From NCBI GenBank assembly GCA_037443445.1, contig JBBIOJ010000007.1, forward strand, positions 5,383 through 69,382: a DNA stretch of 64,000 nt, written 5' to 3'. Below the pieces are notes generated by a model, which saw only the letters and a program-made list of their open reading frames with translations, made no database searches and was not told where the DNA came from. The position numbers and the translations under genes are program-made. Numbering within the stretch: the first letter of the stretch is position 1; each line of letters begins with the position of its first letter. Shown here piece by piece: positions 59,863-64,000 of the stretch. The stretch comes from Desulfarculaceae bacterium (GTDB lineage Bacteria; Desulfobacterota; Desulfocorpusculales; Desulfocorpusculum).

Positions 59863-60597
59863 TAGCAGGTGAACATGGTCGGCCGAGTTACTGATCCTTC
59901 CGATTAGTTTCTGGTGAAAGAAGAAGCTGGGACCGGAAAATGGATTTCGACTGTTGAAGTGGTCCAGGTAATTATGGAAGTTAAGGCACAACTCATCGAG
60001 CCTTCCGATGAGGCTTCGAGGGACCCGAGATCCGTTTGCCTGTGGTGTTGTCCTCGTTGGCTGGCCATCCGTCGCCACGAAGTGCCTTCTTATTTGATTG
60101 TTATACCAATCTAGGAGATACCTGTGTCCGGCTGGGATCTTCTCCCGGTGGAGTTTGGTTTGCCGATTACGATATCTGCTTTCATGCATCGCATCTCCGG
60201 GCACGAACAATCTACATCTTCCGTGCCCGTCATCCGAGAGGTAGTACCTGTTGTAGCCTGTGTTCAGCTTCTTCTGGGCGACAACATGTTGACTCACGTG
60301 GGTTGCGATGCCAGGCTTTGTGTCGTTGAAAAGTCTCTCCGCCTCCTCAATAATTCTTTCATTCGAAACCGTGTGCCTCGGATTGTTGGCTTCATGGGCC
60401 AATCGAGCCATGGCGATCCACATCTCAACGGTATCTTGGGCATGAACAACGCCTGTCCCAAAGGCAAAGAGCCAGCCCAACTCATCAGGATGGCAGCCTT
60501 CAGGCCCGCACGAAGTTGGGTCCTTGTCGACTGGATATCGGCGGGCAAGGAGCCTCGCAGCCATGACACAGATGGCTTCATAGATCGGCGTCGTCAC
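59833..60597 (-). CDS. Hypothetical protein (254 aa); the C-terminal few codons are supplied by the IS630 end
   Basis: Frame is open from 60597. The IS inserted within the last 5 codons or just 3' of the gene. No family recognised. Confidence 0.3.
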   Translation of the reverse strand: MTTPIYEAICVMAARLLARRYPVDKDPTSCGPEGCHPDELGWLFAFGTGVVHAQDTVEMWIAMARLAHEANNPRHTVSNERIIEEAERLFNDTKPGIATHVSQHVVAQKKLNTGYNRYYLSDDGHGRCRLFVPGDAMHESRYRNRQTKLHREKIPAGHRYLLDWYNNQIRRHFVATDGQPTRTTPQANGSRVPRSLIGRLDELCLNFHNYLDHFNSRNPFSGPSFFFHQKLIGRISNSADHVHLLLRRSLSSGH

Positions 60598-60641
60598 TTT
60601 CTTGCCTCTCTATGATTCGCCTCTCCCCTGGGACTCCAGAA

Positions 60642-61745
60642 CTAGGTTTCCCGCTCCAGTTCCGCCAACAACTCATCTAGCACCTTGAAGTCACACCTCT
60701 CTGGCAGAAGGATCCAGAGCATCCCGAGATACGCGAGCGATGCACTCCGAAGGCATCGCCCGAGCAAGCCGACGAACCTTTGGGCTGGAAGCGACCCATG
60801 CCGGGTTCCAATCATGGGGAGGGCCACGGAACGGACCCGCCTCTTCTCCGTCTCGTGGAACAGGCGCCTCAGCGCAGATTCAACCCACTCCTCCCTCCAA
60901 GAGGGCTCCTGGTCGAGGTCGTGCACTATAGCGAAAATCCTCAGAGGATTCCTGCCCCCTACGACAACACTCCCAGGTTCATATGGTTGATGATCTTCCA
61001 GTCGTGCTCTGAGACGGCTGATGTCCTCATCGATGTCAGGGATTTTCGGATCCGCGCTCAACACGAGACAGGTGTCCTCCTCAAAAACACGGGCCTGATG
61101 TCTAGGTAGTTCGGCCTTCTCCGGGACCTCCAGTATCTCTGTAGGGCCAAATCGAATTCCCATCTGTCCATCCACATCGATTCTTTCAAGCCTTCGCCGG
61201 CTAAGCTGCCTTGGTTTCTCGAACGGGACGATCTTCCCCCTGTCCTGTGGCCGTGACAGCCGGTTCTTGATGGAGTCCACTCGGTTCGCCAGCCCAAAAG
61301 TTTCCAGAATCATCTCAACGGCCTTCAGCAAGAATTCCGCTTCTGTGCGGCTCGCCTCCCGTCCGTTATGGATCAGATCGTTTCGCAGGCGGTTTAATTC
61401 ATCCAGGTTGATCATGCGGAGACCACTGACATCGCGGCCCGAAGCCTTCGACCACGCGTCGAGGAATTTCGATTCCCGATATACCCCTATGAGCTGGCCC
61501 AAGGTGAAGCGTTCGAAACCCTTTTCGCCTTTACCCAGATTCATCTCAGCTTTGTGAACCCTGATTCGATCCCCTTCCTCCAATTTCATCACTTGTTCAC
61601 GGAAAAGGAGCCGGAAGGCCGCCTCGATGATTCCGATACATTCCTTGGCCGCTATCGTGTATCCCTCGACTTCGAGGTTGCGCCGTATCAAATCCATCCT
61701 CCGCTTGACATCCATGGGTCTCTCCTGATGTCCTCCTACGTACAA
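60642..61745 (-). CDS. HEPN (Rx4HN; Swt1-like) to macro-domain fusion protein
   Basis: N-terminal helical domain with RNDLIHN (R-x4-H HEPN motif). The C-terminal roughly 140 aa contain macro-domain-like blocks (PGSVVVGGRNPLRIFAIVHD ... RSVALPMIGTRHGSLP). Domain calls are from motifs only. Confidence 0.45.
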   Translation of the reverse strand: MYVGGHQERPMDVKRRMDLIRRNLEVEGYTIAAKECIGIIEAAFRLLFREQVMKLEEGDRIRVHKAEMNLGKGEKGFERFTLGQLIGVYRESKFLDAWSKASGRDVSGLRMINLDELNRLRNDLIHNGREASRTEAEFLLKAVEMILETFGLANRVDSIKNRLSRPQDRGKIVPFEKPRQLSRRRLERIDVDGQMGIRFGPTEILEVPEKAELPRHQARVFEEDTCLVLSADPKIPDIDEDISRLRARLEDHQPYEPGSVVVGGRNPLRIFAIVHDLDQEPSWREEWVESALRRLFHETEKRRVRSVALPMIGTRHGSLPAQRFVGLLGRCLRSASLAYLGMLWILLPERCDFKVLDELLAELERET

Positions 61746-61822
61746 TCCACCGTGAACCCTCGGAATCCCCCCGCCCCCGGTTGCTGAGTCGGTGGTTGGA
61801 AATTACACGCAACAAACCTGCC

Positions 61823-62107
61823 TTATTGGTTCCAGTTGCTCTGGATGAAGTTCACGATCTCCTGAGAGTCAAGCCCGCGAGTTGTGTTGCCCACCCGGAT
61901 GTGAAACTCCTCTTTTTCCTCCGGCCTCAGTTCAAACATGAAATCAGGAGGGAATCTGTCTCTATTGCCTTTGACTGCCTGGTTCATGGCCTCGGTGGTT
62001 ACGCCGTAGAGCGTGGCCAGATCAGTAGTTAGCACGATTTCTTGCCCACGGAGGATGGCGCGCTCAATGCGCTCCACGGGGACGAGGCCCTGATCAGGCA
62101 TCTCCAC
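61823..62107 (-). CDS. ORF6N-domain protein (phage/antirepressor-associated KilA-N-like DNA-binding domain)
   Basis: Motif ILRGQEIVLTTDLATLYGVTTEAMNQAVKGNRDRFPPDFMFEL matches the ORF6N consensus. Confidence 0.5.
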   Translation of the reverse strand: MEMPDQGLVPVERIERAILRGQEIVLTTDLATLYGVTTEAMNQAVKGNRDRFPPDFMFELRPEEKEEFHIRVGNTTRGLDSQEIVNFIQSNWNQ

Positions 62108-62387
62108 CTCCGCGTGGACTTGGGGTGCTGAATTGTGACCTCAAACTCCCTGAAAGTTCGACTAGGTTCGCTTCAGATGGGGTCCCCTCGAAGACCTCCT
62201 GGGGGGCGATGAGATCCCGGTAGGTGGTGCGCTGCCCGATCCCCTCCCGCTGCGCCACTTGAGCCACGGTCAATCCGTTCGGACTGGCTTCAATGGAACG
62301 GATTATCCGCCGCTGGCGGGCAAGCTGGTCCCCTCGCATGACCCCTCCTCGAGAAGAGTAAACAGGGCGACCGCCGGACAGCCTCAT
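62094..62387 (-). CDS. Small HTH DNA-binding protein (recombinase/transposase-type HTH)
   Basis: Sequence LTVAQVAQREGIGQRTTYRDL. Overlaps the ORF6N gene start. Confidence 0.4.
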   Translation of the reverse strand: MRLSGGRPVYSSRGGVMRGDQLARQRRIIRSIEASPNGLTVAQVAQREGIGQRTTYRDLIAPQEVFEGTPSEANLVELSGSLRSQFSTPSPRGGGDA

Positions 62388-62661
62388 ACTATCAGCGGCC
62401 TCCTTCTTTGGTCAATGATTCCGGATCACTGAGCCCTCCGGCCCGCCGCTGGCTGAAGGGGCTGTAGCACAAGCGCTCCCTCTCCCGGCTTGAACCGCCC
62501 TCCCTCCTGAATGCCGAGAGGTGAAGGAGACGGTCACCAACGACCAGGGCCGAGGCCGAGAGGGCCTCTCCATCCAGGGACCGCCCAAATGCCGCCTGGT
62601 GGCCAAAGCACTGGACCTCCTGACCATTGAGGGCGAATACCGCGCAGGCCTGGCACTCAAC

Positions 62662-63100
62662 CTAGGGAAACGCCTTCAGATAATTCCCCAGGGGATCCCG
62701 TGGGCGCTCGAAGAGGTCGGCCATGGCCCGGGTGCGGCTCCTCACCCCCATGCGGGCACTCTTGGCCGCCAAGGCGTTCCAGATCATGCCCTGATCCGAG
62801 CGAAACCACTTCCCCGCCACCTTCCTGTCGGACATCGCCCGCCGGTGTTCCCTCCTCAGGCTCGCGTGCACCAGCCTTGCACCGGAGTCGAACTGCCTAC
62901 CCCTCTAGGCACACCTCCCCTGCGCCACGCAGCTCGAGGGAATGACCATCTCGGAACGCCCAGCGAACCGGATGGTGACATTAAGGATGCGGTTCTGCCC
63001 CGAGTTCCTTCCCGGCCGCGATCGCGCCGGCATCCCCAAGCGGGCAGCGATGACCATCTCGGGCCACAAGACACGCCCGGTGGCCTAGCGCTACAACATC
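62662..63100 (-). pseudogene. Degenerate tyrosine integrase (P4-like C-terminus), interrupted by stop codons
   Basis: The frame yields ...GKWFRSDQGMIWNALAAKSARMGVRSRTRAMADLFE, resembling a P4-type integrase C-terminal tail (xWADyLd). Upstream frames are broken. Sits directly adjacent to tRNA-Leu. Confidence 0.3.
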
Positions 63101-63252
63101 TCAGCTGGAGAAGACCTGAAGCAGCCGGCCAGAAAGCAGGGAATCCATGCCCAGAGCCAATCCATGGATGGGACCTTTCCCCATTGCGTTCCTGGCTTCG
63201 GTTTTGGCGGGATGGGCAGGCGCAAGCACCGAGGGCAAGTTCTTGAAATCAC

Positions 63253-63340
63253 TGGTGCCTGGGGCGGGAATCGAACCCGCACGGGGACAAGCCCCAAGGG
63301 ATTTTAAGTCCCTTGCGTCTGCCTATTTCGCCACCCAGGC
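63253..63340 (-). tRNA. tRNA-Leu (anticodon TAA), class II with long variable arm
   Basis: Acceptor stem GCCTGGG/CCCAGGC. D-arm GGCGAAATAGGCAGACGC (Leu-like). Anticodon loop CTTAAAA. Variable arm GGGGCTTGTCCCC. T-arm GCGGGTTCGATTCCCGC. CCA encoded. Confidence 0.8.
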
Positions 63341-63500
63341 TCAGATCATTATGCTAACCTCGAACCTGCCCCAAGGCCAGCCACTTGGACAGCCCGACCT
63401 CTTCTTTGGGACGGCCTCCCAAGATTTTCCTCGGAGCCAATGGCTTGTCCGGAAAAGACATCAAAAAGGGCTCTCCAGGATGCCCCCCCTCAACCCAAGC

Positions 63501-64000
63501 TCAATGCGCCTCCTCAGACAGGTAGAAGAGGGGATTCCTGGCCACGTTCCTGACCCTCACCTCGAAGTGCAAGTGGGCCCCCTCGCTCTGGCCGCTGTTG
63601 CCCACAGTGCCTATGGGTTGCCCCTGCCGGAGCTGTGCATGGTCTGAAACATGGATCTCGTTCAAGTGGGCATAAACAGTGGCCAACTCCTCAGAGTGCC
63701 TCAAGATCACTATGTTCCCATATCCTCTCAACTGTCCTTTGTAGATCACCTCTCCATCCGCTGCTGCCACAACAGGGGTCCCCACCGGGGCCTTGATGTC
63801 CACGCCGGAGTGCTTCATCCCGTTTCTTACCCCAAAAGAAGAGGATATCTGACCCCGAACAGGCCAAATGAGCTTACCGGCAAAGAACTGTATCTTGGGC
63901 TCTGGCTCCGGGGGGCTGCCTGGAGAGGCTTTGGGCAGCTCCACCCTGGCGGATCCTGAGGCACCCGGAATGAAAATCTTCTGTCCCTCCCTGATCTGGG
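63501..64000 (-). CDS. LysM-M23 family metallopeptidase (partial; N-terminus lies beyond the window end)
   Basis: M23 motifs HSGVDIKAP and GAHLHFEV. Upstream in-frame sequence running to the window edge (QIREGQKIFIPG) looks like a LysM domain end. Confidence 0.75.
   Translation of the reverse strand, partial: QIREGQKIFIPGASGSARVELPKASPGSPPEPEPKIQFFAGKLIWPVRGQISSSFGVRNGMKHSGVDIKAPVGTPVVAAADGEVIYKGQLRGYGNIVILRHSEELATVYAHLNEIHVSDHAQLRQGQPIGTVGNSGQSEGAHLHFEVRVRNVARNPLFYLSEEAH

Noticed and set aside
58765-60597. Hypothesis that IS630 split one large gene into 59833..60597 and 58249..58711
   Set aside because: After conceptually excising the IS and one TA, the upstream frame hits a stop within 5 codons. 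The IS therefore sits at the extreme 3' end or intergenic, and the downstream ORF is a separate gene.

Overview
The window is high-GC, gene-dense bacterial DNA. The gene content suggests an anaerobe, possibly Desulfobacterota/Deltaproteobacteria-like; that is inference from POR, lutABC, TRAP transporters and apparent selenocysteine usage.

Features from left to right:
- A partial membrane protein at the window start.
- A tRNA-His / tRNA-Arg(TCG) / tRNA-Lys(CTT) cluster with a terminator.
- A class-I pyridine-nucleotide disulfide oxidoreductase plus DedA.
- Two DUF547 paralogs flanking an ECF sigma factor, a ZAS anti-sigma factor and a GH15 glucoamylase-family enzyme.
- A mer-like operon with a near-canonical MerR operator dyad: merT-like, a small Cys-rich protein, merR and a thioredoxin-like protein, with no merA or merP.
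- A striking stretch (about 8.9-14.8 kb) where four ORFs carry in-frame TGA codons, each followed 11-14 nt later by a stable hairpin with a G/U-containing loop (bacterial SECIS-like). These are a small unknown protein, a peroxiredoxin-like redoxin (U replacing the peroxidatic Cys), a DUF3179 protein and a GrdB/PrdB-family protein.
- Downstream core-genome genes: a LOG-family protein, an HTH-MEDS regulator, UvrC, an IclR regulator, two TRAP transporters (dctPQM), an Fmt-like formyltransferase, a four-subunit 2-oxoacid:ferredoxin oxidoreductase (porGDAB), photolyase, a HAD hydrolase, HflX, PiT/DUF47, lutABC and an EEP nuclease/phosphatase-family protein.
- A catabolic cluster resembling anaerobic nicotinate degradation: GntR, a methylmalonate-semialdehyde-dehydrogenase-like ALDH, nicotinamidase PncA, a three-subunit molybdenum hydroxylase, an enamidase-like amidohydrolase and a 6-hydroxynicotinate-reductase-like ferredoxin-domain protein.
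- A roughly 7.6 kb genomic island (about 55.65-63.25 kb) inserted at tRNA-Leu(TAA). It is bounded by a 47-bp direct repeat of the tRNA 3' half. It carries an integrase remnant, ORF6N and HTH proteins, an IS630 element, an ADP-ribosylglycohydrolase, a dual-specificity phosphatase, an ARH fragment and a HEPN-macro fusion protein.
- A partial LysM-M23 peptidase at the window end.

Coordinates that I derived myself, rather than took from the ORF track, may be off by 1-2 nt.
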